NCBI GenBank assembly: GCA_036381195.1
Contig: DASVDH010000078.1
Location: 10,250 to 74,249 of the forward strand
DNA: 64,000 nt
Source of the DNA: Longimicrobiales bacterium
Lineage (GTDB): Bacteria; Gemmatimonadota; Gemmatimonadetes; Longimicrobiales; RSA9
Direction: 5' to 3'
Shown: one piece after another, positions 17,267 through 26,100 of the stretch
Layout: the number at the start of each line of letters is the position of its first letter
Position numbering within the stretch: position 1 is the stretch's first letter
Translations under genes and position numbers: made by a program
The notes under the pieces: model-generated
Seen by the model: the letters and a program-made list of their open reading frames with translations, nothing else
What the model was told of the DNA's origin: nothing
Database searches by the model: none

Positions 17267-19078
17267 TCAGTGACTGCTGCCGCGCGCCGCGGCTGGTGCG
17301 AGCGCCGAGCTCGGCACCGGCCGGCGTGCCGGGCGGGGGTGTTTCACGATGAAGCGGCCGATCGCGAGATAGTCGAGCTTGCCATCGAGGAACGCCCGGA
17401 CGCAGTCGTCCGCGCTACAGACGATGGGCTCCTCGTGCATGTTGAAGCTGGTGTTGATGATGCCGGGCAGGCCCGTGCGCCGGTGATACGCCTCGATGAT
17501 GCGGTGGTACTCGGGATTCACCTCCCGCCGGACGAGCTGGGGGCGGGCGGTGCCATCGATGTGCACGACCCCCGGCATGCGGCGGCGCATCCAGGGCGTG
17601 CAATCGAAGGTGATGGTCATGAACTCCGCCGCGTGCTCCCCGCCTGCGAGGTCCTCGAAGCACGCCTCGCGATGCTCGTAGAGGACGGACGGCGCGAACG
17701 GCATGAACTCCGTGCGGTGCAGGTTCTTGTTCAGCCAGTCGTTCACGCCCGGGTCGGTCGCCTGGTAGAGGATCGAGCGATTGCCGAGCGCGCGCGGGCC
17801 GTACTCCATGCGGCCGGCCGCACGGGCGACGACGTGCCCGGCGGCAAGGAGCTCGGCGATGCGTTCCTCGAACGGAGCGCCAGCGTCGTCGGAGCGTTCC
17901 GGAGTCAGGCCGTACTTCCGCAACGCGGCGGCGATCTCATCGTCATCGAAGCCCGGGCCGAGATAGACGTGCTCGAGGGGGTTCGGGTCCGGCGTCATCG
18001 GGACCGGGAGGAGTCCCGGCACGCAGGCGGCGAGTGCGGCGCCGACGCCGAGACCGCCGTCGCCCATGTGGGGATGGATGAAGATCCGATCCACTTCGGG
18101 AAGCCGATGGACCTCCTGGTTGACCCGGACGTTGGCGAAGACGCCGCCCGCCACAGCCACGTTGCGCAGCCCCGTGCGGCGCGCCCAGTGCTGGACGAAG
18201 CGCGGGACGAGCTCCTCGAAGTGCCGCTGGATGCTCGCGGCCAGGTCCTCGCGCTTCCAGCCCGCCGGCAGCCGCCTCTCCAGTTGCCGGGCCGCCTCGC
18301 CGAAGACGACGCCGGCCCGGTTGATGAACGTGCCGTTCTCTTCGACGATCATGTCCCGCAGGAGGGGGAGGAAGCGCGGCTCCCCGTGTGCGGCCAGGCC
18401 GGTGAGCTTCCCTTCGTGCTTCTGGGCCTTGAACCCGCAGATGTGCGTGGCGTAAGCGTAGTAGTTCCCGAGCGAGTTGAACGCCGCGATGGTGTGGAGG
18501 TGCTCGAGACGGCCGGTTCTGGCGGCGTACACCGTCCCGCTCTTGCCGTCGCCGCCGCCATCGAGCGAGATCACCAGGGCGTCATCGAAGCCGCTGGTGA
18601 AGTATGCCGACGCGATGTGCGCGAGGTGATGGTCCACGAAGTGGATCGGGCACCGGACCCCGAACTCCCGGCGCAAGATGCGACGGATGCTCCGCCGGCG
18701 GTGCCGGAAGGTCGGCTCGAGGAGGAGGTAGTACGCCCTCTCAAGCCCCGGGAGGCGGTCGCGATACCGCGAAAGCTTGCCGGCGGCGCGCTTGATCGTC
18801 CCGCCGAGCCCGGCCGCGCGCTCCCAGTGCTGGAACCAGCCCTCGAAGGGCTGCAGTTCGTCCACGAAGAGATCCTGCCTGGATGACACAAGCACGGCGT
18901 CCAGCTCCTCCACCGTGGTGGCGGCCAGGCGGAGCGTCTCCCGGATGGACGTGCGCGGGAATCCTTCGACCAGCTTCATCCTGGACGTCCGCTCCTCGTT
19001 CAACGCTGCGAGGATGCGGCCATCCTCGGCGATCGCGGCTCCGCTATCGCCCTCTGTGGCGATTCCGAGGACTTTCAT
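17267..19078 (-). CDS. carbamoyltransferase (NodU/CmcH family)
   Basis: ATG 19078 is preceded by GAGGAA. MKVLGIATEGDSGAAI..., HHLAHIASAYFTSGF, and the YrdC/Kae1-like architecture typical of NodU/CmcH. The upstream 181 aa of ORF 17267..19621 are Arg/Pro-rich junk. Confidence 0.9.
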   Translation of the reverse strand: MKVLGIATEGDSGAAIAEDGRILAALNEERTSRMKLVEGFPRTSIRETLRLAATTVEELDAVLVSSRQDLFVDELQPFEGWFQHWERAAGLGGTIKRAAGKLSRYRDRLPGLERAYYLLLEPTFRHRRRSIRRILRREFGVRCPIHFVDHHLAHIASAYFTSGFDDALVISLDGGGDGKSGTVYAARTGRLEHLHTIAAFNSLGNYYAYATHICGFKAQKHEGKLTGLAAHGEPRFLPLLRDMIVEENGTFINRAGVVFGEAARQLERRLPAGWKREDLAASIQRHFEELVPRFVQHWARRTGLRNVAVAGGVFANVRVNQEVHRLPEVDRIFIHPHMGDGGLGVGAALAACVPGLLPVPMTPDPNPLEHVYLGPGFDDDEIAAALRKYGLTPERSDDAGAPFEERIAELLAAGHVVARAAGRMEYGPRALGNRSILYQATDPGVNDWLNKNLHRTEFMPFAPSVLYEHREACFEDLAGGEHAAEFMTITFDCTPWMRRRMPGVVHIDGTARPQLVRREVNPEYHRIIEAYHRRTGLPGIINTSFNMHEEPIVCSADDCVRAFLDGKLDYLAIGRFIVKHPRPARRPVPSSALAPAAARGSSH

Positions 19079-19184
19079 GGATTCCTCAGGTGGAGGGCTG
19101 CGGTTCGACCCCGGTACGGCAGACTCGGCTCCGCCACCGGGGGATCGCGACATTGTACTGGATGCTTGCTCGCAGCCCGCTACC

Positions 19185-19200
19185 TGCAAGGAGGATGCCG
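19185..19200 (-). promoter_or_regulatory. candidate sigma-54 (-24/-12) promoter for the carbamoyltransferase gene
   Basis: Minus strand reads CGGCAT-CCTCC-TTGCA against consensus TGGCAC-N5-TTGCW. GG and GC have exact spacing. Predicted TSS is near 19173, about 95 nt upstream of ATG 19078. Confidence 0.5.
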
Positions 19201-19615
19201 GCAAGGGATGGGGGCCGGGGCAGGCCGGTATCGGGGGCGAGTGAGGGGGAACGCGCATGGCCGTAGGAGATGCGGCAGGCGGGTGCCGGCGGGCTGATCG
19301 GTCCGCCCGGCGGGCGCGGGCCCGCGCGCAACGACCGTGGCAGCGGGGCCACACCCCGGCGCCGCGCGCGGCCGCGGCATCGCCGGGGCGGCTCCCGGCA
19401 CGACGTGGCGGGCGCGTGTTGCGGGCCGTCCGTTCCGGTGCGCCAGCGGATGCGCGCTGCCGCTTCCCGAGGGAAGGCCGCCGGCCGGCCGGTGACCCGC
19501 GCGTAGCCCGTAGACCTGCCGCTCGATGCCGGCCGTTGGTGACGGGGTTCCCGGTACGGGCCGGAGGTCGGCTCGTGCCGGTCCACGCGAGACCCCTGCG
19601 GCCGCCGGCCTCGAC

Positions 19616-19631
19616 GGGCACGTGTCTTGCT
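19616..19631 (+). promoter_or_regulatory. candidate sigma-54 (-24/-12) promoter for the deacetylase-FemAB-DegT-GT operon
   Basis: Plus strand reads GGGCACG-TGTC-TTGCT against consensus TGGCACG-N4-TTGCW, with only the first base deviating. Predicted TSS is near 19643, followed by AGGAG at 19654-19658. Confidence 0.65.
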
Positions 19632-19665
19632 CCCCGGGCAGCGCCACGTCGACAGGAGTTCCACG

Positions 19666-20493
19666 CTGATTCACCATTTCACGATCGACGTCGAGGAGTA
19701 TTTCCAGGTTTCCGCGTTCGAGGCATGCGTGCCGCGGGAACGCTGGGATCTGCTCGAGAGCCGTGTGGCGCGGAGCGTCGCGCGACTGCTGGAGCTGCTG
19801 GCCCGGCATCGCGCACGTGCCACCTTCTTCGTCCTCGGCTGGGTCGCGGAGCGCCACCCCGGCATCGTCCGGGACGTGGTGGGCGCCGGGCACGAAGTCG
19901 CTTCCCACGGCTGGGACCATGCGCGCATCCCGGACCTGCGGCCGGAACGCTTCCGACTGGAGGCGCGGCGGACCAAGCAGGTCCTGGAGGACCTGGCGGG
20001 TGCGCCCGTCGTCGGGTTCCGGGCGCCCAGCTTCTCGCTGTTGCCGGGATACGAGTGGGCGCTGGACATCCTGCTGGAGGAGGGCTACCGCTACGACTCC
20101 AGCCTCTTCCCCGTTCGTCGCCCCGGCTACGGCTACCCGAACGGGAAACGAGACCCGCACTGGCTGCGGCTGCCGGGCGGGCGGCTCGCCGAAGTGCCTC
20201 CGACGACCCTGCGGCGCTGGGGCCTCAACCTCCCGGCAGGGGGCGGGGCCTACTTCCGGTTGCTGCCGTACCGGCTCGTCCGCGAGGCGCTCCTGGACTG
20301 CGAGCAGAGGGGCGTGCCGGGGACCTTCTACATCCACCCGTGGGAGCTGGACCCCGGGCAGCCGCGGCTGCGGGCGCCGTTCCTGACGCGGATCCGGCAC
20401 TACGGCGGGTTGCAGAGGACGGAGCGCCGGCTCGTGCGCCTGTTGGAGGAGTTCCGCTTCGGGCGGATCATCGACACGGTGGCTACGCTGTGA
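19666..20493 (+). CDS. polysaccharide deacetylase, XrtA/PEP-CTERM-system-associated type (CE4 domain + DUF3473-like C-terminus)
   Basis: HHFTIDVEEYFQVSAFE..., ATFFVLGW, SHGWDH, and the C-terminal YIHPWELDPGQPR motif typical of the TIGR03006-like family. The ORF-track start (TTG 19627) lies inside the sigma-54 promoter match. I place the start at CTG 19666 (or ATT 19669), 7-10 nt after AGGAG. The start is uncertain. Confidence 0.8.
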   Translation: MIHHFTIDVEEYFQVSAFEACVPRERWDLLESRVARSVARLLELLARHRARATFFVLGWVAERHPGIVRDVVGAGHEVASHGWDHARIPDLRPERFRLEARRTKQVLEDLAGAPVVGFRAPSFSLLPGYEWALDILLEEGYRYDSSLFPVRRPGYGYPNGKRDPHWLRLPGGRLAEVPPTTLRRWGLNLPAGGGAYFRLLPYRLVREALLDCEQRGVPGTFYIHPWELDPGQPRLRAPFLTRIRHYGGLQRTERRLVRLLEEFRFGRIIDTVATL

Positions 20494-21560
20494 GCGTCGC
20501 GGGATCCGTCGTTGCAGAGAGTCGGCGCTCGGCGCCGACCGTGGTCGCGCCTTGGGATGGCGACGCGCGCGCCTGGGACGAGTTCGTCCTGCGGGCGGAG
20601 GGCGGGACGTTCTGCCACCTGTCCTCCTGGCGGGAGGTCATCGGCGAGGTCCTGGGGCACGAGTGCCTGTACGCGGCCGCGCTGGCGCCGGGCGGCGAGC
20701 TGGTCGGCGTGCTGCCCCTGATTCGGGTCCGCAGCCCGATCTTCGGCCACTACCTCGTCTCCATGCCCTTCCTCAATGCGGGCGGGCCGCTCGGCTCGGG
20801 CGAGGCCCAGGAGCGCCTGGTCTCGTGGGCGGTCGAGGAGGCGCGGCGGTCGCGGGCAGACCTGCTGGAGCTGCGGAGCCGCGATGCTGCCGCGCCGGAG
20901 CTGGCTCGCTCGGACCGGAAGGTGACCGTGCTGCTGCCCCTCCCTGCGTCTGCGGAGACGTTGTGGCACCAGACGTTCCGGTCGAAGCTGCGGAGCCAGA
21001 TCCGGCGCGCCCAGAAGGCGGGGATGGAGGCCCGCTTCGGGCCGGACCAGGCGGAAGCGTTCTACGAGGTCTTCACGCGGAACATGCGGGACCTGGGCAC
21101 GCCGGTGCTGCCGTGGCGCTTCTTCGATGCGATCCGCGCGCGCTTCGAGGAGATTGTGGTCTTCGCGGCCGTGTACCGGCGAGGCGAGCCCGTGGCGGGG
21201 GGGTGTGGTTTCGCCTTCCGTGGCACGTTCGAGCTGACGTGGGCCTCGTCGCTCCGGCGCTATGCCCCGGAGGCGCCGAACATGCTCCTCTACTGGTCGC
21301 TCATGGAGCACGCGATCGCGCGGGGGATGGAGGTGTTCGACTTCGGCCGCTGCACCCCGGGCGGCGGAACGCACCGGTTCAAGCTGCAGTGGGGCGGCGC
21401 GGACCAGCCGCTCCCCTGGTCGCGGTGGTCGCCGCGCGGGCTCGCTGCGCCGCCGACGCCGGACCGGCCGGTCTACCGGGTCGCGGGCGCGGTGTGGCGG
21501 CGGCTGCCTCTCGCGGTCACGAAGGCCGTGGGGCCGCTCCTCGCCCGGAGTCTCCCGTGA
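20490..21560 (+). CDS. FemAB-family protein, PEP-CTERM/XrtA-system-associated type
   Basis: GTG 20490 overlaps the upstream stop (GTGA). WDEFV, LPLIRVRSPIFGHYLVSMPFLNAGGP and FDFGRCTPGGGTHRFKLQWGG resemble the TIGR03019-like FemAB/GNAT-fold family. Confidence 0.85.
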   Translation: MSVAGSVVAESRRSAPTVVAPWDGDARAWDEFVLRAEGGTFCHLSSWREVIGEVLGHECLYAAALAPGGELVGVLPLIRVRSPIFGHYLVSMPFLNAGGPLGSGEAQERLVSWAVEEARRSRADLLELRSRDAAAPELARSDRKVTVLLPLPASAETLWHQTFRSKLRSQIRRAQKAGMEARFGPDQAEAFYEVFTRNMRDLGTPVLPWRFFDAIRARFEEIVVFAAVYRRGEPVAGGCGFAFRGTFELTWASSLRRYAPEAPNMLLYWSLMEHAIARGMEVFDFGRCTPGGGTHRFKLQWGGADQPLPWSRWSPRGLAAPPTPDRPVYRVAGAVWRRLPLAVTKAVGPLLARSLP

Positions 21561-22831
21561 GCGCGCCGGCGGTGACCCGGGTGCGGGCGAGGGCCCGCGG
21601 GGGGCGGACGAGCGAGCCGCGGCTCGGCGGGCCATTCCGGCATCAGCCGCCGGTCCGCTCGCCGGTCCCGCCGGGCGCGTTCGTTGCCGCCATCCGGCAG
21701 CTTCTCCGGCTCGCCCCCGATCCGCGACCGCGCCTTTCGGCCCTGCTGGAGGCGGTGTACGGAGCCGAGCGCGTGGTGCTCTGCTCCAGCGGCACGGCGG
21801 CGCTCCAGCTCGCGATCCGGGTCGCGGCGGCGCACGCGGGCGAGCCGGGGCCGGTCGCGCTCCCGGCGTTCACGTGCTACGACGTCGCCTCCGCGGCGAT
21901 CGGCGCGCAGGCGAGTCTCGTGCTGTACGACGTCGAGCCCTCGGCGCTCGCGCCGGATCTCGCGTCGCTGGAGCGGGCCCTGCGCGTCGGCGCCCGTGTC
22001 GTGGTGGTCTCGCCGCTGTACGGGATCCCGGTGGATTGGGGGGCCGTCCAGGCGCTGTGCGACCGCTACGGCGCGGTGCTCATCGAGGATGCGGCCCAGG
22101 GCCACGGCGCCGCCTGGCGCGGCCGGCCGATCGGCTCGCTCGGCGCGATCAGCGTGCTGAGCTTCGGCCGCGGGAAGGGGTGGACGGGCGGCAAGGGAGG
22201 CGCGTTGCTGCTCCGGGGCGCTGCTGCCGGAGCGCACGCTCGGGTGGCGGAGGAGCTGGCAGGGACGTCCGCATTCGTCGAAGCCCGCGTGGTCGCCGGA
22301 TCGCTGGCGCAGCAGGTCCTCGGGCGTCCCGGGCTCTACGCCCTGCCTCGCGCGGTGCCGTGGCTGCACCTCGGCGAGACGCGGTACCGGCCGCCCGTCC
22401 CGCCCGCGGCGTTGCCCAGGGCGGCGGCAGCGCTCCTGCAGGCCTCCAAGGATGCCGCGGATCGGGAAGCCGCACGGCGGCGGGCGAACGGCGAGTTCTT
22501 CCGTGCACGGCTCGACGGCATCGCAGGCATTGGGGTACCGGCCCCGCCGCCGCAGGCGAGCCCCGGGTACCTGCGCTTCCCGGTGCTGGTCCGGGGCGGA
22601 GCCGGGGCGCTCGGTCCCTCGGCCCTCCTCCGGCGCTTCGGGGTGGAGGCCGGGTACCCGCAGCCGCTCTCGGAGCTCGGCCCCGTGCGTGGGCGGCTGG
22701 CCACCGACCCCGGTCCGCTGCGAGGCGCGACGGCCCTGGCGCGGGAGCTGGTGACGCTGCCGACGACTTCGCTACTCGGTGATTCGGAAAAGCACGGCCT
22801 GTTGCGTCTCCTCGATCGATTGCGACGGTGA
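21557..22831 (+). CDS. DegT/DnrJ/EryC1/StrS-family (PLP-dependent) aminotransferase-like protein
   Basis: GTG 21557 overlaps the upstream stop (GTGA). CSSGTAALQLAI, LIEDAAQGHGA and the candidate PLP-Lys region SFGRGKGWTGGKGGALL. Confidence 0.75.
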   Translation: MSAPAVTRVRARARGGRTSEPRLGGPFRHQPPVRSPVPPGAFVAAIRQLLRLAPDPRPRLSALLEAVYGAERVVLCSSGTAALQLAIRVAAAHAGEPGPVALPAFTCYDVASAAIGAQASLVLYDVEPSALAPDLASLERALRVGARVVVVSPLYGIPVDWGAVQALCDRYGAVLIEDAAQGHGAAWRGRPIGSLGAISVLSFGRGKGWTGGKGGALLLRGAAAGAHARVAEELAGTSAFVEARVVAGSLAQQVLGRPGLYALPRAVPWLHLGETRYRPPVPPAALPRAAAALLQASKDAADREAARRRANGEFFRARLDGIAGIGVPAPPPQASPGYLRFPVLVRGGAGALGPSALLRRFGVEAGYPQPLSELGPVRGRLATDPGPLRGATALARELVTLPTTSLLGDSEKHGLLRLLDRLRR

Positions 22832-23853
22832 ACGGTCTGGACCGGGAACGGAGCGGACCTCACGGTTGGGCCACGACGGCCAGTGCCGGAGGCAGCTCGG
22901 AGCCCGGGCCGGCGCTGTCCGTCGTCGTGCCGCTGTACAACGAGGAGGGGAACATCCACCCCCTGGTTTCCGCCGTCCGGGAGGCGCTCGCGGCCGTGGA
23001 ATCGTGGGAGCTTCTCCTGGTGGATGATGGCAGCACGGACGGGACGGCCGCGCGTGCGCTGGAGTGCTGCGGCGCGGACCCGCGGGTGCGGCTGTTGAGA
23101 CTCGCCAGGAACTACGGGCAGACCGCCGCGATGCAGGCGGGGTTCGACCACGCGCGGGGGGCCGTGGTGGTCAGCATGGACGGCGACATGCAGAACGATC
23201 CCGCCGACATCCCACGGCTGGTTGCCCGGCTCGACGAGGGGTTCGACCTCGTGGCGGGCTACCGCGAGCGGCGGCGGGACAAGGTCCTGACACGGAAGGT
23301 GCCCTCCTGGCTGGCGAACCGACTGATCCGGCGCGTGACGGGCGTTCCGATCCGGGACAACGGCTGCTCGCTGAAGGCGTTTCGCCGGGACCTGCTGCAC
23401 CGGCTGCACCTGTACGCGGACCTGCACCGGTTCATTCCCGCGGTGGCCGCAGCGACGGCCGGCGCGCGGATCACGGAGATACCGGTTCGGCATCATCCCC
23501 GGCAGTACGGCCGGAGCAAGTACGGTCTTTCGAGGACGGTGAAGGTCCTGCTGGATCTGCTGACGGTCCGGATGATCCAGCGGGTGCGGGAGCGGCCGCT
23601 CCAGCTCTTCGGCGCCGGCGCGCTCGCCGCGTGCGTGTGCGGCGCCGTGTTCGCGGCCTTCGCGGCGATCGCATACGCCAGGTTCGGTCCGGACAAGGCC
23701 TACTCCGTCGTGTTTCCGGCCGTGTCCCTGCTCTGGTTCGGGCTCGGGGCCTACCTGCTCATGCTCGGGCTGATCGCCGAGGCCGCGCTGCGGGAGGACC
23801 TCCCGGGACACGGACGGAACGCGCCGGTCGTGCGTGAGGTGTCGGGCTCATGA
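22828..23853 (+). CDS. GT2 polyprenol-phosphate sugar synthase-like glycosyltransferase (ArnC/GtrB/DPM1 type)
   Basis: GTG 22828 overlaps the upstream stop (GTGA). LSVVVPLYNEEGNI, LLLVDDGSTDGT and SMDGDMQNDP, plus two C-terminal TM helices as in ArnC/GtrB. Confidence 0.8.
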   Translation: MNGLDRERSGPHGWATTASAGGSSEPGPALSVVVPLYNEEGNIHPLVSAVREALAAVESWELLLVDDGSTDGTAARALECCGADPRVRLLRLARNYGQTAAMQAGFDHARGAVVVSMDGDMQNDPADIPRLVARLDEGFDLVAGYRERRRDKVLTRKVPSWLANRLIRRVTGVPIRDNGCSLKAFRRDLLHRLHLYADLHRFIPAVAAATAGARITEIPVRHHPRQYGRSKYGLSRTVKVLLDLLTVRMIQRVRERPLQLFGAGALAACVCGAVFAAFAAIAYARFGPDKAYSVVFPAVSLLWFGLGAYLLMLGLIAEAALREDLPGHGRNAPVVREVSGS

Positions 23854-24887
23854 ACAGCGCGGATACGGCGGTTTCCGGGAGCGCGGCGTTCACGACTGCC
23901 GACCTGCGGCCGTCGACGGTCTCCGTGATCGTGCCGGTCACGGAGAGGCCCGAGCCGCTGGCGGAGCTCTACCGCGAGTACGCCGCGCCCCTGCGCGCGG
24001 CGGGGCACTCATTCGAGTTCCTGTTCGGCTGCGAGCCGTGGGCCCGCGGGCTTGCAGGGCCGGTGGCTGCGCTGGCGGACGCGGGCGAGCCCGTACGGGT
24101 GCTGGAGGTGGCGAACAGCGCCGGGGAGACGACGCTGCTGAAGGCGCTGGCGGCGCGCGCGGAGGGCGGGATCGTGATCACGCTGCCCGCGTACCGACGC
24201 GTGGAGTCGGCCGTGTTGCCCGTGCTGATCGCGCGGGTCGAGCAGGGCGCCGACATGGTGCTCGCCCGCCGCTGGCCGCGCCGCGACTCGTGGATCAACC
24301 GCCTCCAGAACCGGCTCTTCCACGCTCTCGTCGGCCGCGTGTCGGGCGGCGAGCTGCACGACATCGCGTGCGGGGTCCGGGCGATGCGGCGAGAGGTGCT
24401 GCTGGACCTCCCCGTCTATGGCGACCTGGCGCGGTTCCTCCCGCTGTTCGCCGTGCGGGAGGGCTACGACGTCCGGGAGGTCGATGCGCCGCAGCACCGC
24501 GCCGACGTCCATACGCGGATCTACGGCGCCGGCACGTACCTGCGGCGCCTGCTCGATGTGCTCGGGCTCTTCTTCCTGCTGCGATTCACGGACAAGCCAC
24601 TGCGCTTCTTCGGCCTGATCGGCAGCTCACTCCTGCTGGGCGGCGCGGTCCTGCTGCTCGTGCTCTTCATCCAGCGCCTGGGCGGGGAGGGCATCGCGAA
24701 CCGGCCGTTCCTGCTCCTGGGCTCGCTGCTCGCCGTTCTCGGGGTGCAGGCCATCGCGCTCGGACTCGTCGGCGAGATCATCGTGTATCTGCACGCGCCC
24801 TCGCGCCGGCCGTACCGGCTCGCGCGGACGCGGACACCGCGGTCCGAGGAGGCGGTGGCAACGCCGGTGGCCGCGGATCGGCAATGA
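23850..24887 (+). CDS. GT2-like glycosyltransferase, divergent, with C-terminal TM helices
   Basis: ATG 23850 overlaps the upstream stop (ATGA). VSVIVPVTERPEPL. Same topology as the preceding gene, with two C-terminal TM helices. The DDGS-type motif is not conserved (FLFGCEP). Confidence 0.7.
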   Translation: MNSADTAVSGSAAFTTADLRPSTVSVIVPVTERPEPLAELYREYAAPLRAAGHSFEFLFGCEPWARGLAGPVAALADAGEPVRVLEVANSAGETTLLKALAARAEGGIVITLPAYRRVESAVLPVLIARVEQGADMVLARRWPRRDSWINRLQNRLFHALVGRVSGGELHDIACGVRAMRREVLLDLPVYGDLARFLPLFAVREGYDVREVDAPQHRADVHTRIYGAGTYLRRLLDVLGLFFLLRFTDKPLRFFGLIGSSLLLGGAVLLLVLFIQRLGGEGIANRPFLLLGSLLAVLGVQAIALGLVGEIIVYLHAPSRRPYRLARTRTPRSEEAVATPVAADRQ

Positions 24888-24912
24888 CCGGAGGAAAGGC
24901 GACGAACGTTCG

Positions 24913-26085
24913 ATGAAAGAGGCTGGATTGGATCCGAGGCCAGTCGCGCTCGAGCGGTGTGACACGTTCGTGGGCAGGACCATGAACTGGCTCTACGACC
25001 ATCTTCGGGTGGTCCCGCGCCATTCCCCGGTCGTGCTCGCCGACCGGCTGCAGAACCGGGACGAGTTCCCCGAACTGGTCGCCATGACCCTGCGCAGCTC
25101 CGTCGGGGGGCGGATCTGGCGGAGGCTCGCCCCGGAGAGGATGTACCCTGGCCACGTGCGGACGCTGCGGCGACACGGGCCCAGGTTGCTGCACTCGCAC
25201 TTCGGCTACGTCGCCGCGGGAGACGACCAGCTCCACGCGGCGCTGGGCGTCCCCTGGTTCGTGAGCTTCTACGGCGCTGACGTCTACATGCTGGGCAGGC
25301 AGCCCGAGTGGGTGGACACGTACGGGCGGGTGTTCGAGAAATGCCAGCGGGTGCTGGCGCTCGGTCCCCGCATGGCCGAGGAGCTGCAGCGGCTGGGGTG
25401 TCCCGCGGAGAAGATCTCGATCCACCCGCTCGGCATCGATCCGGCCGGACTTCCGAGCGTTCCGCGCGAGCTCCGGAACGGCGAGCCGTTGCGGGTGCTC
25501 TATGCCGGCACCTTCCGGGAGAAGAAAGGGATCCCGTACCTGCTGGATGGGGTCGCGCTGGTGCGTGATGCCGGTGTCCGCGTGGAGCTGCACCTGGTGG
25601 GCGATGCGGCCGCGAAGGATGGCGATGCCCAAACGAAGGAGGAGGTGTTCCGCCGGATCCGCGGACACGGCCTGGAGGACTGCACGCACCACCATTCCTG
25701 GCTCCGCTTCGACGATCTCGTGCGGCTCGCCCTGCAGTGCCACGTGTTCGTGGCCCCGAGCGTCACGGCGAAAGACGGCGATGCGGAAGGAACGCCCTTC
25801 GTCATCCAGCAGATGATGGCGACCGGGATGCCCGTGATCTCGACCCTGCATTCGGACATCCCCTTCATCTTCGGGCCGCATGCGCACCTCCTGGTTCCGG
25901 AGCGATGCGGACAGGCGATCGCTGATCGGCTGAAGGCGTATGCGGAGGAGCCCTCCCGCCTGACGGAAGACGGCCGACGGCTCGGCAGTCATGTCCGGGA
26001 AGCGCTCGACGTGCGCAGGTGTGCGGCTGCGTTGAGTGACCTCTACGACCGGTACGCGGGGAGCGGGTCGCCCGGGGAGCGGTGA
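24913..26085 (+). CDS. glycosyltransferase, GT4/group-1 type
   Basis: C-terminal half is typical of GT-B: LRVLYAGTFREKKGIPYLL, VFVAPSVTAKDGDAEGTPFVIQQMMATGMPVIST. The start may alternatively be ATG 24982. Confidence 0.8.
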   Translation: MKEAGLDPRPVALERCDTFVGRTMNWLYDHLRVVPRHSPVVLADRLQNRDEFPELVAMTLRSSVGGRIWRRLAPERMYPGHVRTLRRHGPRLLHSHFGYVAAGDDQLHAALGVPWFVSFYGADVYMLGRQPEWVDTYGRVFEKCQRVLALGPRMAEELQRLGCPAEKISIHPLGIDPAGLPSVPRELRNGEPLRVLYAGTFREKKGIPYLLDGVALVRDAGVRVELHLVGDAAAKDGDAQTKEEVFRRIRGHGLEDCTHHHSWLRFDDLVRLALQCHVFVAPSVTAKDGDAEGTPFVIQQMMATGMPVISTLHSDIPFIFGPHAHLLVPERCGQAIADRLKAYAEEPSRLTEDGRRLGSHVREALDVRRCAAALSDLYDRYAGSGSPGER

Positions 26086-26100
26086 TGGTGCCGTTGCGGC

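Noticed and set aside
19095-19125. GGTTCGACCCC, which resembles a tRNA T-loop, in the carbamoyltransferase leader.
   Set aside because: The flanking bases can't form a 5-bp T-stem or an acceptor stem, so there's no cloverleaf.
19109-19558. Repeated motif CCCGGTAC(G/C/A)G near several sigma-54 candidates, considered as a possible enhancer (UAS) for the bEBP. Sites: 19109-19118, 19549-19558, 47866-47875, and the reverse complement at 57905-57914.
   Set aside because: With the assumed base composition, the 8-mer is expected about five times in the window by chance. I also saw copies inside coding sequence (for example around 3953). The 57905 copy is simply the promoter candidate itself. This is not enough evidence for a UAS.
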